From Candidatus Poribacteria bacterium (GTDB lineage Bacteria > Poribacteria > WGA-4E > PCPOR2b), in NCBI GenBank assembly GCA_965116925.1, contig OZ220744.1, forward strand, positions 2,848,001 to 2,912,000: DNA of 64,000 bases, given 5' to 3'. Below, piece after piece: positions 9,495 to 19,096 of the stretch (positions are counted from its first letter, which is position 1; every line of letters starts with the position of its first letter). A program made the translations under genes and the position numbers. The notes beneath the pieces were generated by a model. The model ran no database searches. It worked only from the letters and a program-made list of their open reading frames with translations, and was not told the DNA's origin.

Positions 9495-11114
9495 ATGGCC
9501 AAAGTTGATACACTCCTCAAACTCATTGCTTATCAAAAGCAACACCCCCAAGCCAGCGATGCAGAGATCGCCGAAGGAATTGGAATGTCACTGAGGCATG
9601 TCAGACGCTGCAAAAAAGAGGTTAATCTTCTCAAACACCAGTTGACGGAACCTGCCTTGCAATCGGGAGAAATCCAATTTCTATTATCATTGCTGAATCG
9701 ACAGGAGCCCAATCAGAAAGAGATTGCCCAACGCCTTCAGAAGCAAATCGGTGTATCTTGCACCGGAAGCCTTCGTATCAAGCACCCCGATGAGCAGGTG
9801 CCTCTAAACTGGCTCGAAATCGGCGAATTAGCAGATATCAAAATGGAATCTGTAGACCGTCCAGACCCGCTGATGAATTTCTGGCTTCAGTACCTATGCT
9901 ATGATCCCCTGCTGATGTCCCACCAAAACGGGGAAATCGAAGAACGACTTGCAATCAGTTGCGAGGCAGTGAAAGGACATTCAGAGTGGCAGCTGACCTT
10001 GAGAAAGGACCTCCGCTGGAGCGATGGAAAGCCGATTACCTTCGAGGAGGTCATCGAGGCGTTTTCCGCAAGCCGTATCGCTCCGATTATCGCAGAAATT
10101 AAACCTGATGGTAAGACACGACTCCGCATCGGACTGTCTCGAGAAGAACCGCTATTTCCACTCCATCTGCGCAGCATCTTTCCACTCCCCTCTCACTCGT
10201 CACAACCCTACCAAGTGGTCTCCGGTGCTTATCAATTAAAGCGTTTCTCTTCCGAGACCATGACCCTTCACTTTGCGTGGAATCCGGATTACTATCGCGG
10301 CGAGGATCCTTGTATCGACTGGTTGAGCGTGAAGCGTTTCACACGAACCGCCAATGCCATTAAAGCAATCGAAGAGGGAACGATTGATCTGCTCTATTTC
10401 TCTGCCTATGCGTTACAACCTCTCTACCAATTTTCAACGACGGTGCCCTGTCAACAGTGGCCCTTTTTCGAAGACAATTACTATGCCCTATTTCTCAACT
10501 GTCGCCACGGTCCACTATCGGACAAACGGAACTGCACTTTGCTTAAAGATGCCATTGATTATCGAGCAATCAACTTCTATCTTCGTATGGGCGAAGTCGC
10601 TGAGGAAGCGAAGGTTACACAGCCTTCTCAACCCCTTGATATTCGGGTAGCCAGTTCGAGGTTAGATCACCCTGGGGCGGGGGTGTTGCACTACTTGGCT
10701 CATTCGATTGGCCAGTCAGTAGGTTCCTCTGTGGCGAATCCCATCCATGTTAGAGGAGAGATGCAGGAAGAGGCGGAGGCCTTTTTAACTCAAGTCTTTT
10801 TTGGTTTGGAGTACAGCAACCTGTCACGATTCTTCCATTCCGATGGGATACACAATTTCTTTGGATACACCAATCCCCAAGTTGACGCGCTGCTATCTCA
10901 ACTTGACCAAACAGCGAACATGGCGGCAAGAAGGAGGATTGGCAGACGGGTGCTGTCCTTGCTGCAAGAAGATTTTGCGTTAATTCTGTTGGCACCCTGT
11001 TTTGAATACGCATTCTCGCCATTAGAAATCCAGTTCGACGATAATCTCACCACTCTCCTCGACTTGATTCAAAATATGAGCCAAGTTACTGTTGAACGTC
11101 ACCGGTCCGGTTGA
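9495..11114 (+). CDS. N-terminal HTH fused to a family-5 solute-binding domain (SgrR-like architecture)
   Basis: ASDAEIAEGIGMSLRHVRR HTH-like segment, no signal peptide; LRKDLRWSDGKPIT, NPDYY, N.FGYTNPQVDALL SBP5 motifs; no adjacent permeases. Confidence 0.75.
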   Translation: MAKVDTLLKLIAYQKQHPQASDAEIAEGIGMSLRHVRRCKKEVNLLKHQLTEPALQSGEIQFLLSLLNRQEPNQKEIAQRLQKQIGVSCTGSLRIKHPDEQVPLNWLEIGELADIKMESVDRPDPLMNFWLQYLCYDPLLMSHQNGEIEERLAISCEAVKGHSEWQLTLRKDLRWSDGKPITFEEVIEAFSASRIAPIIAEIKPDGKTRLRIGLSREEPLFPLHLRSIFPLPSHSSQPYQVVSGAYQLKRFSSETMTLHFAWNPDYYRGEDPCIDWLSVKRFTRTANAIKAIEEGTIDLLYFSAYALQPLYQFSTTVPCQQWPFFEDNYYALFLNCRHGPLSDKRNCTLLKDAIDYRAINFYLRMGEVAEEAKVTQPSQPLDIRVASSRLDHPGAGVLHYLAHSIGQSVGSSVANPIHVRGEMQEEAEAFLTQVFFGLEYSNLSRFFHSDGIHNFFGYTNPQVDALLSQLDQTANMAARRRIGRRVLSLLQEDFALILLAPCFEYAFSPLEIQFDDNLTTLLDLIQNMSQVTVERHRSG

Positions 11115-11344
11115 GCAATCACCCCATTGTACTAGTATTTGAACGACCACAACGGTTCTTCTTAACCGTACCCGTCACCTTCCATCGCAGTATCAATCTA
11201 TTCCTCAATTAACAAAAAAGATAATGTCTGTTGAACTCACTTCTGCCTGACTTCGTTTACGGAGTGTGGAGTTGATTTAACCTCAGTCAAAGAAGGGCTT
11301 TAGACTATCAATTCAAAGTTGACAAATCACTCTCAACCGATTTA

Positions 11345-11362
11345 TCGCCCGTTTTTGATGGG
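11345..11362. promoter_or_regulatory. Second copy of the candidate operator
   Basis: TCGCCCGTTTTTGATGGG upstream of the FGE-sulfatase gene. Confidence 0.4.
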
Positions 11363-11576
11363 TAAGGACATATCACGTCCTTACCCCTTAAAAGTGACTG
11401 GACTTTTTGTGTAGTTGACTGATATTCTTATAATCACAGTAAAGGTAGATATGAATCTGTGTTGAAAATCCATCCCGACCGCGTCCGAGTGCTTGTGAGG
11501 CTTGCCGCCCCACTTGCTTTCAATGCACTTGCAGCTTCGATGGTATCGGTGAAAACATTTGCTATGGAGGAAGACA

Positions 11577-12764
11577 ATGACTAAGACTTTAACTCTCATT
11601 ACGCTAACATGGCTAGGCTTAATCATGTTTGTATCTGGTTGTGGGGAAGATGAACCGGAAACCCCAACTCAGAATCAAATCCCGATCGAGCCTCAGCTTG
11701 TCGTTTTTACATCAGATATCGAAATTTTAGCAGACGCGCATGTCAAAGGTGATGCCAGCCAATTCCAACGAGCCTCGGACGATATTTCCGTCAAATGGGA
11801 CTGGGGAGATGGGCAGCAGACACCCTACAGTCATAACCTCGTTGCGGAACATACCTACAGAGCCGAAGGTGAATATCTCATCACTTTGACTGTCCGAGAT
11901 AATGCTTCTACATCTGTCATTACCACGCAGCAAAAAACCGCCACTGTCGCAATTAAGACGGAGATTGTTTCGGAAACGGATGGGGCAACCATGCGCCTAA
12001 TCCCCGCTGGAGAATTTCAGATGGGCAATGCTTTCTTTGACGAAGATCTCTTCAAAAGAGAACGTATCCTTAACGAGGGCTTACCCCACGAAGCACCTAT
12101 CCATACTGTTGTAGTGGATGCGTTTTATATGGATGTAACCGAGGTGACCAACGCTATGTATCGGCGATTTGTTGAAGAAACGGGGCATAGGGAGCCTCGT
12201 GACATCCTCCACAAGCCCAGCTATCCGCCCAGCTATCCGGTCTTCGGGATTTCTTGGCACGATGCGATGGCTTATGCACAATGGGCGGGAAAACGACTGC
12301 CTACTGAAGCCGAATGGGAGTATGCAGCACGCGGTGGGTTGGTCGGGGTGCGGTATCCGTGGGGCAATAAAATTACCCATAATGACGCCAATTATGCGGG
12401 GATAGGAGATAGAGATCAGTGGGGAACCACGGCTCCCGTTGGAAGTTTTCCGCCCAATGGTTACGGTTTGTACGATATGGCGGGCAATGTCTGGGAATGG
12501 TGCCTTGATGCGTATGATGCGGAGTTCTATGCCAATAGTCCAAGAATCAATCCCATCTCAGGAGGACCCATCGAACAAATTGTCGAGAATTTCCGGGAGG
12601 ATATAACCCCTCGCGTATCACGAGGCGGATCATTTCAAGTCGGCAAGAGTTTCCTGCGGGTCTCCCATCGGAACCTCAGAAATAAAGCGGGTTTTTTGTG
12701 GTTTGACAGAGGCTTTCGCTGCGTAAAGCCTCTGGGACCTGAATTACAAAAATTACAAAAATAG
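11577..12764 (+). CDS. Lipoprotein with PKD domain and FGE-sulfatase (SUMF1) domain
   Basis: Lipobox VSGC; WDWGDG...HTY...G.Y.ITLTV (PKD); IPAGEFQMG, RLPTEAEWEYAARGG, GLYDMAGNVWEW, GFRC. Confidence 0.9.
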   Translation: MTKTLTLITLTWLGLIMFVSGCGEDEPETPTQNQIPIEPQLVVFTSDIEILADAHVKGDASQFQRASDDISVKWDWGDGQQTPYSHNLVAEHTYRAEGEYLITLTVRDNASTSVITTQQKTATVAIKTEIVSETDGATMRLIPAGEFQMGNAFFDEDLFKRERILNEGLPHEAPIHTVVVDAFYMDVTEVTNAMYRRFVEETGHREPRDILHKPSYPPSYPVFGISWHDAMAYAQWAGKRLPTEAEWEYAARGGLVGVRYPWGNKITHNDANYAGIGDRDQWGTTAPVGSFPPNGYGLYDMAGNVWEWCLDAYDAEFYANSPRINPISGGPIEQIVENFREDITPRVSRGGSFQVGKSFLRVSHRNLRNKAGFLWFDRGFRCVKPLGPELQKLQK

Positions 12765-12808
12765 TTATCGGGCTGTATTCTATCGCTAGGGCGTGTTGAC
12801 ATTTAACG

Positions 12809-12924
12809 GTCCGTAGGTTGGGTTGAACGGTTAAACGGCAATCCCTATCAACTACAATAGAGGTTCGGTCGTCCAACAACACCCGTTTATGGACAGATAG
12901 AGTGAAACCCAACTCCGTTTGTCA
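12809..12924. repeat. 116-bp dispersed GTAG-type repeat, second copy at 40011-40126
   Basis: GTCCGTAGGTTGGGTTGAACGG...GTGAAACCCAACTCCGTTTGTCA in both places, same length. Confidence 0.85.
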
Positions 12925-13112
12925 AGTGAAAGTTAAACGACTCAAAAAAATAAATCGTCTTAATTTTTCGATGAAGTTTTTAGCAACATTGGGGTTATAT
13001 TAGAATTGTTAATGATAAATTCTGAAACCCAGGAACTGATCGCACTATAATTCTTTTCCAATTTTTTTCTCTCAACCTATTAACCAATCAACCTAAAAGG
13101 AGGTTATAAGAG

Positions 13113-13487
13113 ATGTTTTACCATACAGGACAGAAACGCACACCAGCGTTGAATCCGATGACAGAGAGAGCGACCGAGTCAACACCGGGAAACTCCCTCA
13201 CATCCGCCGCGCGAGACACAGCGCGCCCTCATACAGGCACCGGATCTGAGGAACAGACCGAGACACCACATAATCCCGCCGGTCACAGGGTTATCCCTGA
13301 TCTATCAAAGGGATTTAGCTTGGCTCAATTCTCAGTCACTCAGGGAAACACAGATTGGGGGTTCAGGACGGCTCCCCTAACGTTTTTATCGCCAAAGGAG
13401 GCGACAAGTGACAGGTATTTCAACACCCGATTTTGGACCAGAGAACGATTACGAGAAAGGCATAGGCTACGACAAGATTCCGGCTGA
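13113..13487 (+). CDS. Hypothetical 124-aa ORF overlapping the ECF sigma start
   Basis: Strong AAAGGAGG SD before ATG; low-complexity product with no recognisable motif. Confidence 0.3.
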   Translation: MFYHTGQKRTPALNPMTERATESTPGNSLTSAARDTARPHTGTGSEEQTETPHNPAGHRVIPDLSKGFSLAQFSVTQGNTDWGFRTAPLTFLSPKEATSDRYFNTRFWTRERLRERHRLRQDSG

Positions 13488-14187
13488 ATTGGCAGGTGAC
13501 TCCGAAGCAGAGGGGTCTGATTGTATTCGCTCAATCAGATCGGACGCTTCGCTGGGTTCGACCTGCCGTGCAACGAGGAGAAATCCGAAGGAGACGAGCG
13601 TGAGACGATCCGATGAAGATCTAATGTTATCCGTCAAAGAAGGAAATAGCGCAGCATTTGAAACATTAACCAAACGTCATTACACAAACACATTAAACTT
13701 TATTTATCGTTTCGTAAACAATCGTATGCTCGCGGAGGATCTGTGTCAAGAAACGTTTTTGCGCCTTTGGCGCAGCGCACCGACCTATCAACCGCTTGCG
13801 AAGTTCACCACTTTCCTTTATCACATTGCAAAGAATGTCTGTTTGAAACAGATTGCAAAAGATCAACGAACTCCTTACACATCCTCGCTGGAGGCTCCCG
13901 TCCCTAATGATAGCGGCGGTGATTACAACCTATCAGAAGAGATTGCAGACAACCGATATTTGCCGGAGGAGACAACCATTGCTAGAGAGGCTGATGAAGC
14001 CATCCGGTCAGCAATTGGTGATCTGTCCGACGAGCATCGGTTAGTTTTTGTTTTAACAGAGTTGCAAGGGTTATCATATCAAGAAGTTGCTGAGATTGCC
14101 CGATGCCCTGTTGGTACTGTTGCTTCTCGGAAAAATGCAGCAGTCCGACAGCTCCAAAGGAGATTACATAAGCACTTAAATTCATAG
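13408..14187 (+). CDS. ECF-type RNA polymerase sigma-70 factor
   Basis: SDEDLM..V.EG..AAFE, AEDLCQETFLRLW, KFTTFLYHIAKN, GLSYQEVAEI..CPVGTV.SR; GTG with AAGGAGG SD (alternative GTG at 13600). Confidence 0.9.
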   Translation: MTGISTPDFGPENDYEKGIGYDKIPAELAGDSEAEGSDCIRSIRSDASLGSTCRATRRNPKETSVRRSDEDLMLSVKEGNSAAFETLTKRHYTNTLNFIYRFVNNRMLAEDLCQETFLRLWRSAPTYQPLAKFTTFLYHIAKNVCLKQIAKDQRTPYTSSLEAPVPNDSGGDYNLSEEIADNRYLPEETTIAREADEAIRSAIGDLSDEHRLVFVLTELQGLSYQEVAEIARCPVGTVASRKNAAVRQLQRRLHKHLNS

Positions 14188-14281
14188 CTAGAAATAGCCA
14201 AAATTCCCCAAGATGGATATTTACCCCTCAACTTTGATAGGGAATGAGGGGAGGTCATGTTCATCGTGAAGACTGGCTCCA

Positions 14282-14327
14282 GCCCCTATATCAATTCAAG
14301 CTGAATTGGTATAGGGGCATTTTTATT
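14282..14327 (+). terminator. Intrinsic terminator
   Basis: GCCCCTATATCAATTCA-AGC-TGAATTGGTATAGGGGC followed by ATTTTTATT. Confidence 0.75.
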
Positions 14328-14456
14328 GCTCAAAAGCACAAGCGGTAAAATTTTCAGTTCAATTTTTCCGAACAAACGCTATTGCTGTTTGCCTAATACC
14401 AGTAAACGTGCATATAATGAAGACTTAAACTGCAAACATCCAGCGAGGAAAAATCA

Positions 14457-16907
14457 ATGAATCCCAAACATATCATCACCAACCTTTTCGGAATACTGCT
14501 TGCCTTTTTCGCCCTAGGCACCGTAAATGCTTCGGCACAAAATACGCTCTCACAAGAAGAGAAGCGATTTGACCTTAACGGCAATGGTCGATTGAATGAA
14601 GACGAAAAAGAGATAATGATTGATACAATCGCTATCGAAGCCTTCACAGGAGTACAATTCACCGCACAGGAAATCCGGGCAGAACACGGTGGCAGCGAGC
14701 GAGGTCGTCGCGGAGGCAGGCGTGGACCGCGCCGATCAGAGAAGATCCTCAACCGCTTTGACACAGACAAAGATGGCAGGTTAAGCAATGTAGAGCGAGA
14801 AGCCGCGCGCAAATATATCCACGAGAGTCGAGGCGAACGAGGTGCGTCACGTCCATCTGGAGCCACTTTGCCTCATACAACACACGAAGATGATCTGAAA
14901 GCAAGCATCGCTGCCCAGCCTAACGGCGATCCTGACCTCTATGATGCAAACACAATCCGTACCCTTTATCTCCGATTCCATGATGCGGACTGGTACGAAC
15001 AACTCGGCGACTTCTATCGAACTGATGTCGATGTGCCAGCGGACTTAATCGTTGATGGGAAGGTCTATCAATCTGTCGGTATCAGGTTCCGCGGTAGTTC
15101 CTCCTATTTTACAGTTCAGAACGAGAAAAAGTCATTCAATATCGCTGTTGACTACGGGGACGACAGGCAACGGCTCTACGGCTACAAAACGCTGAATCTA
15201 CTGAACGGTCATTCCGATCCCTCCTTCCTCCGCGAAATCCTCTATTCAAGAATTGCTCGCAACTATATCCCCGCCCCAAAGGCGAACTTCGTCAAACTGG
15301 TCATCAACGGGGAAAGTTGGGGGATTTACGTCAATAGCCAACAATTCAACAAAGATTTCCTCGACGAATGGTTCGGGACCAAAGGTGGGGTGCGCTGGAA
15401 GGTCCCGCCCGGACGCGATAGCGGCTTAGTTTATAATGGAGACCAACCCGCTGCCTATCAACAATCCTACCAACTCAAAACGAGGGTAGAGGAGGCACCA
15501 AACGCTTGGCAAGATCTTATTGAGTTATGCGAGGTTCTTGAAAGCACACCCGACGACCAACTTGAATCTAAACTATCCGCGATTCTTAACATTGATCGGG
15601 CACTCTGGTTCCTTGCGCTGGACAACGTGTTCATAGATAACGACGGATATTTCAGTCGCGCAAGCGATTACGCGCTCTATCAAGACCTAAAAGGTCGTTT
15701 CCATCTGCTGCCACACGATAGTAACGAGACGTTCCGATTCGCCGGTGGCGGCGGTCCAAACTCTTGGCAGACCGATGGACAAATGTTATCTCCTGTTTCT
15801 CAGGAAAACGATATGATGCGACCCGTCATCAGGCGTCTATTTGCCATCCCACATCTCCGCGCACGGTATCTCGCTCACATTCGCACCATTACCGACAAAT
15901 GGCTCGATTGGGATGTGCTCCAACCAATTATTGCGGAATACCAATCGCTCGTTGACGCCGAAGTGAAGGCGGACGATAAAAAGCTCTACACTTACGAAGC
16001 ATTCGCCACAAGCCAAACTAAAGACCAAGGCGGTGGGGGAGGTGGTGGACGTGGTGGCAGAGGGGGGAGAAGCACGCCAAGCTTCAAGCGTTTTGTTGAG
16101 GAACGAGCGGAATACCTGCTCAATCACCCCGAAATCAACAAGCCCACACCAACCATCACCTCCGTTTCCAAGCCCAAAGAACCGATGGCGAGCCAACCCG
16201 TACAGATCACCGCTGAGATTGATAGAGGTGTTAATGTCAGCGCAGTTATCTTGTATTACGCAGACGGACGATTGGCATCCTTTCAGAGTGCGCCAATGTC
16301 AAAAGATGGCGCGGTCTACGTGGGCGAGATTCCCGCTTTTCCCGCTGGAGAGAAGATCCGTTACTACGTCGAAGCTCGATCCACTAAATCGCGCAGCGCG
16401 ACAACGTTTTTCCCAGCCAAAACCGAATTCGCACCGTTGACCTACCGTGTCAACGCATCTATTGCCGACAGTTCTCCGGTAGTTATTAATGAACTGATGG
16501 CGAGTAATACGAAGGGGCTCGCTGATCCGCAGGGCGACAATGATGACTGGATCGAACTGCACAACGTGAGCGATTATGCGGTCAATCTATCAGGGATGTA
16601 TCTGACTGATAACCAGAACAACCCACGTAAGTGGCAGTTTCCCGATGATACTCAGATCGCCCCCGGCGGTTACCTGATTGTTTGGGCGGATGAAGATGGC
16701 AACGCCGAACCGGGGCTCCATGCCAACTTCAAACTCTCTAGGAATGGAGAAACGGTCATGCTCGTTGACACGGATCAGCGAGGAAATCAGGTGCTTGACG
16801 TCATTAAATTTAAGGCACAAGGGGAAGATGTCGCACTCGGTCGAGTGCCCAACGGCACTGGTAACTTTATGTCATTAAAGGGAACACCGGGGCAACGGAA
16901 TAACTGA
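14457..16907 (+). CDS. Secreted CotH-kinase family protein with EF-hand-like motifs and C-terminal lamin-tail domain
   Basis: Signal peptide; DLNGNGRL and DTDKDGRL; VGIRFRGSSS, KKSFNI, DPSFLRE, NFVKLVINGE.WG.Y; VVINELMASN...DWIELHN LTD. Confidence 0.88.
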   Translation: MNPKHIITNLFGILLAFFALGTVNASAQNTLSQEEKRFDLNGNGRLNEDEKEIMIDTIAIEAFTGVQFTAQEIRAEHGGSERGRRGGRRGPRRSEKILNRFDTDKDGRLSNVEREAARKYIHESRGERGASRPSGATLPHTTHEDDLKASIAAQPNGDPDLYDANTIRTLYLRFHDADWYEQLGDFYRTDVDVPADLIVDGKVYQSVGIRFRGSSSYFTVQNEKKSFNIAVDYGDDRQRLYGYKTLNLLNGHSDPSFLREILYSRIARNYIPAPKANFVKLVINGESWGIYVNSQQFNKDFLDEWFGTKGGVRWKVPPGRDSGLVYNGDQPAAYQQSYQLKTRVEEAPNAWQDLIELCEVLESTPDDQLESKLSAILNIDRALWFLALDNVFIDNDGYFSRASDYALYQDLKGRFHLLPHDSNETFRFAGGGGPNSWQTDGQMLSPVSQENDMMRPVIRRLFAIPHLRARYLAHIRTITDKWLDWDVLQPIIAEYQSLVDAEVKADDKKLYTYEAFATSQTKDQGGGGGGGRGGRGGRSTPSFKRFVEERAEYLLNHPEINKPTPTITSVSKPKEPMASQPVQITAEIDRGVNVSAVILYYADGRLASFQSAPMSKDGAVYVGEIPAFPAGEKIRYYVEARSTKSRSATTFFPAKTEFAPLTYRVNASIADSSPVVINELMASNTKGLADPQGDNDDWIELHNVSDYAVNLSGMYLTDNQNNPRKWQFPDDTQIAPGGYLIVWADEDGNAEPGLHANFKLSRNGETVMLVDTDQRGNQVLDVIKFKAQGEDVALGRVPNGTGNFMSLKGTPGQRNN

Positions 16908-16959
16908 GGTAGGCAGACAGACTTATCACGAATGTCGCTACCCGACAAGGGGCATAACC

Positions 16960-18090
16960 TTGAATAAAATCAACAGACGCGACGCCCTGAAGGTCACCGC
17001 CGGTGCACTCCTTGCAGGAGCTGGAATCCCCACAAACCGTCCGTCGGCGGCGAAACGTATTGATGATTCAACTTCAATCAACCCGACGCGCCAATCAGTT
17101 AAACCACCCAAACTAGTCCCCCAAGATACTGTAGGCATTGTATCACCGGCAATGTCATTTTTCACAATTCATGAGTCTGCCTTGCAACGGGGGGTTGCAT
17201 ATTTGGAGCAGGCAGGATTACACGTTCAACTTGCACCGCACACGCTTGACCAACGGCAGCACCTAAATCCACCGGCCCAACACCGAGCCGAAGATTTAAA
17301 CCAGATGTTTGCCAACCCAAAGATAAAAGCCATTTTTTGTCTGTCCGGCGGTTCAGGTGTCAATGCGGTTCTGCCATTACTGGACTGGGAACAGATTGAG
17401 AAATCACCCAAAATTGTGATGGGCTATAGTGCGATAACCGCCCTGTTGATTGGTCTATACGCAAAGGTAGGTCTGACCACATTTCACGGACCAATGATTC
17501 TAAACGGTTTCAGCGAATATCCGCAGCCCTTCCCCTATACATGGCAGAGCCTCGAACAGATGTTATTCAAGGCAGAACCGGTCGGCACACTAAAACCGCC
17601 TACACAATGGACGGATGCCTATACGAGCGAGGACCAGCCACGCGCAATGAAACCGAATCCGGGCTGGCACTGGTTGAGAGAGGGAAAAGCGAGCGGACCA
17701 TTAATTGGCGGGAATTTAAGCGTTATGTTGACGTTGGTCGGTACGCCATATTGGGTTCCGTTGCGAGGCGCGATCTTGTGCGTTGAGGAGGTCAACTTCG
17801 GTAGCGGACTGCTACGCAAAGTTGATGAATCACTCGCCCAATGTCAACAGATAGGACTGTTCGATCAGATTGCAGGCTTAGTTATCGGTAAGGTTAATGA
17901 ACTCTCTGAGGAAGAAGGAAAGCTCTTTGAATCGTTAATCCTTGAATACACAGGGGGTTCCAAATTTCCGATCTTGACAGGGGTAGATTTTGGTCATACA
18001 GCACCTCAACTGACGCTTCCCATCGGCATTCAAGCCTCCCTCGATTCACAACAAGACCGATTCAGTATAGATGAAGCAGCTGTACGGTAA
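16960..18090 (+). CDS. S66 peptidase (LD-carboxypeptidase/MccF-like) with Tat signal
   Basis: NRRDALK twin-arginine signal; GYSAIT (Ser), TFHGP, GGNL, CVEE (Glu), DFGHT (His). Confidence 0.88.
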   Translation: MNKINRRDALKVTAGALLAGAGIPTNRPSAAKRIDDSTSINPTRQSVKPPKLVPQDTVGIVSPAMSFFTIHESALQRGVAYLEQAGLHVQLAPHTLDQRQHLNPPAQHRAEDLNQMFANPKIKAIFCLSGGSGVNAVLPLLDWEQIEKSPKIVMGYSAITALLIGLYAKVGLTTFHGPMILNGFSEYPQPFPYTWQSLEQMLFKAEPVGTLKPPTQWTDAYTSEDQPRAMKPNPGWHWLREGKASGPLIGGNLSVMLTLVGTPYWVPLRGAILCVEEVNFGSGLLRKVDESLAQCQQIGLFDQIAGLVIGKVNELSEEEGKLFESLILEYTGGSKFPILTGVDFGHTAPQLTLPIGIQASLDSQQDRFSIDEAAVR

Positions 18091-18138
18091 CACCAAATCA
18101 GGACTCCAGCCCAAAACACCGCACCCGTATCCGGTTCA

Positions 18139-18288
18139 ATACCGGTATGAAACCTGTAGGTCGAGATTCACATCTCGACAATTATGTGCTAAACCGAATA
18201 CCACCCCCGTAGGTCGGGCATCTTGCCCGACTCTTCCAACCAGTTCATACCGGCGTGAAACCTGTAGGTCGAGATTCACATCTCGACA
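18139..18288. repeat. Two 42-bp direct repeats with GTAG-REP hairpins, flanking a third REP
   Basis: ATACCGG..TGAAACCTGTAGGTCGAGATTCACATCTCGACA at 18139-18180 and 18247-18288; GTAGGTCGGGCATCTTGCCCGAC between them. Confidence 0.85.
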
Positions 18289-18319
18289 CATAAATAGCAA
18301 TAGTAGAATTGACGATACG

Positions 18320-18961
18320 ATGACAAAAGCAGCCGTACTGTGGACAGGCGGAAAAGATTCCGCCCTCGCGCTTCACCTCTCCCTAAATCTCTACGATATA
18401 AGCGGTCTGATCTGCTTTGTCCCGGCAGACAACCGGCCATTCTACGCACATCCACAGCAGCTCATGGCACTACAGGCACAGAAGATCGGTATCCCAATTG
18501 AATTTATGCCGATTTCCGAACCTTACAAACAGAGCTACCGGCAACAGATTGAGACGATTAAAGATGCGGGAATCGAGGTATTAATTACGGGCGATATTTC
18601 TACTGTCGGTGGAATGCCCAATTGGATTGACGAGGTTGCTGCAGGTTTGGTGGGCGTCGAGAAACCGTTGTGGGAATTGGATCGGGGCGCAATATTGGAT
18701 ACCCTCGCCGCCAACCAATTTGAAGTGGTCTGCTCCCTTGCTTACAAAAAGCACTTTCAGACGACTATCACTGGAAGGTATTTGGATCTGGAACTGATTT
18801 CGCAACTGAAGCAGCTGCCGATCGATCCTTGCGGTGAGCAGGGCGAATATCACACATGGGTACTGGACGCGCCATTTTTCAAGGCACCTGTGCAGCTAGA
18901 AGGCACACGGATTGTTGACACCTCCGAATATTGTTACCTCACCTATCAAAGTGCCATTTAG
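18320..18961 (+). CDS. Diphthine-ammonia ligase (Dph6)-like PP-loop ATPase
   Basis: WTGGKDS PP-loop, GDI, PLW, IDPCGEQGEYHT.V.DAP.F; the upstream part of the ORF-track call is repeat DNA. Confidence 0.88.
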   Translation: MTKAAVLWTGGKDSALALHLSLNLYDISGLICFVPADNRPFYAHPQQLMALQAQKIGIPIEFMPISEPYKQSYRQQIETIKDAGIEVLITGDISTVGGMPNWIDEVAAGLVGVEKPLWELDRGAILDTLAANQFEVVCSLAYKKHFQTTITGRYLDLELISQLKQLPIDPCGEQGEYHTWVLDAPFFKAPVQLEGTRIVDTSEYCYLTYQSAI

Positions 18962-19013
18962 CACGCTCAGTTTAGGCATCGGTGCTATACAGAGTTTTCC
19001 ACCCGATTAGAAC

Positions 19014-19064
19014 AAAAAAAGGATCCTTGCAAGCGTATTAATACCCTTACAAGGATCCCTTTTT
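19014..19064. terminator. Bidirectional intrinsic terminator between convergent genes
   Basis: A-run, GGATCCTTG...CAAGGATCC stem, T-run. Confidence 0.75.
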
Positions 19065-19096
19065 CAAACCCCTCATCGAATTTACGATGTCAATCT

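Noticed and set aside
18139..18288. Possible mini CRISPR array
   Set aside because: Only two units, the 66-nt spacer itself contains a REP hairpin, units carry the GTAG REP head, and no cas genes are present
18071..18319. N-terminal 83 aa of the ORF-track Dph6-like protein
   Set aside because: Translation of REP repeats; family similarity starts at ATG 18320
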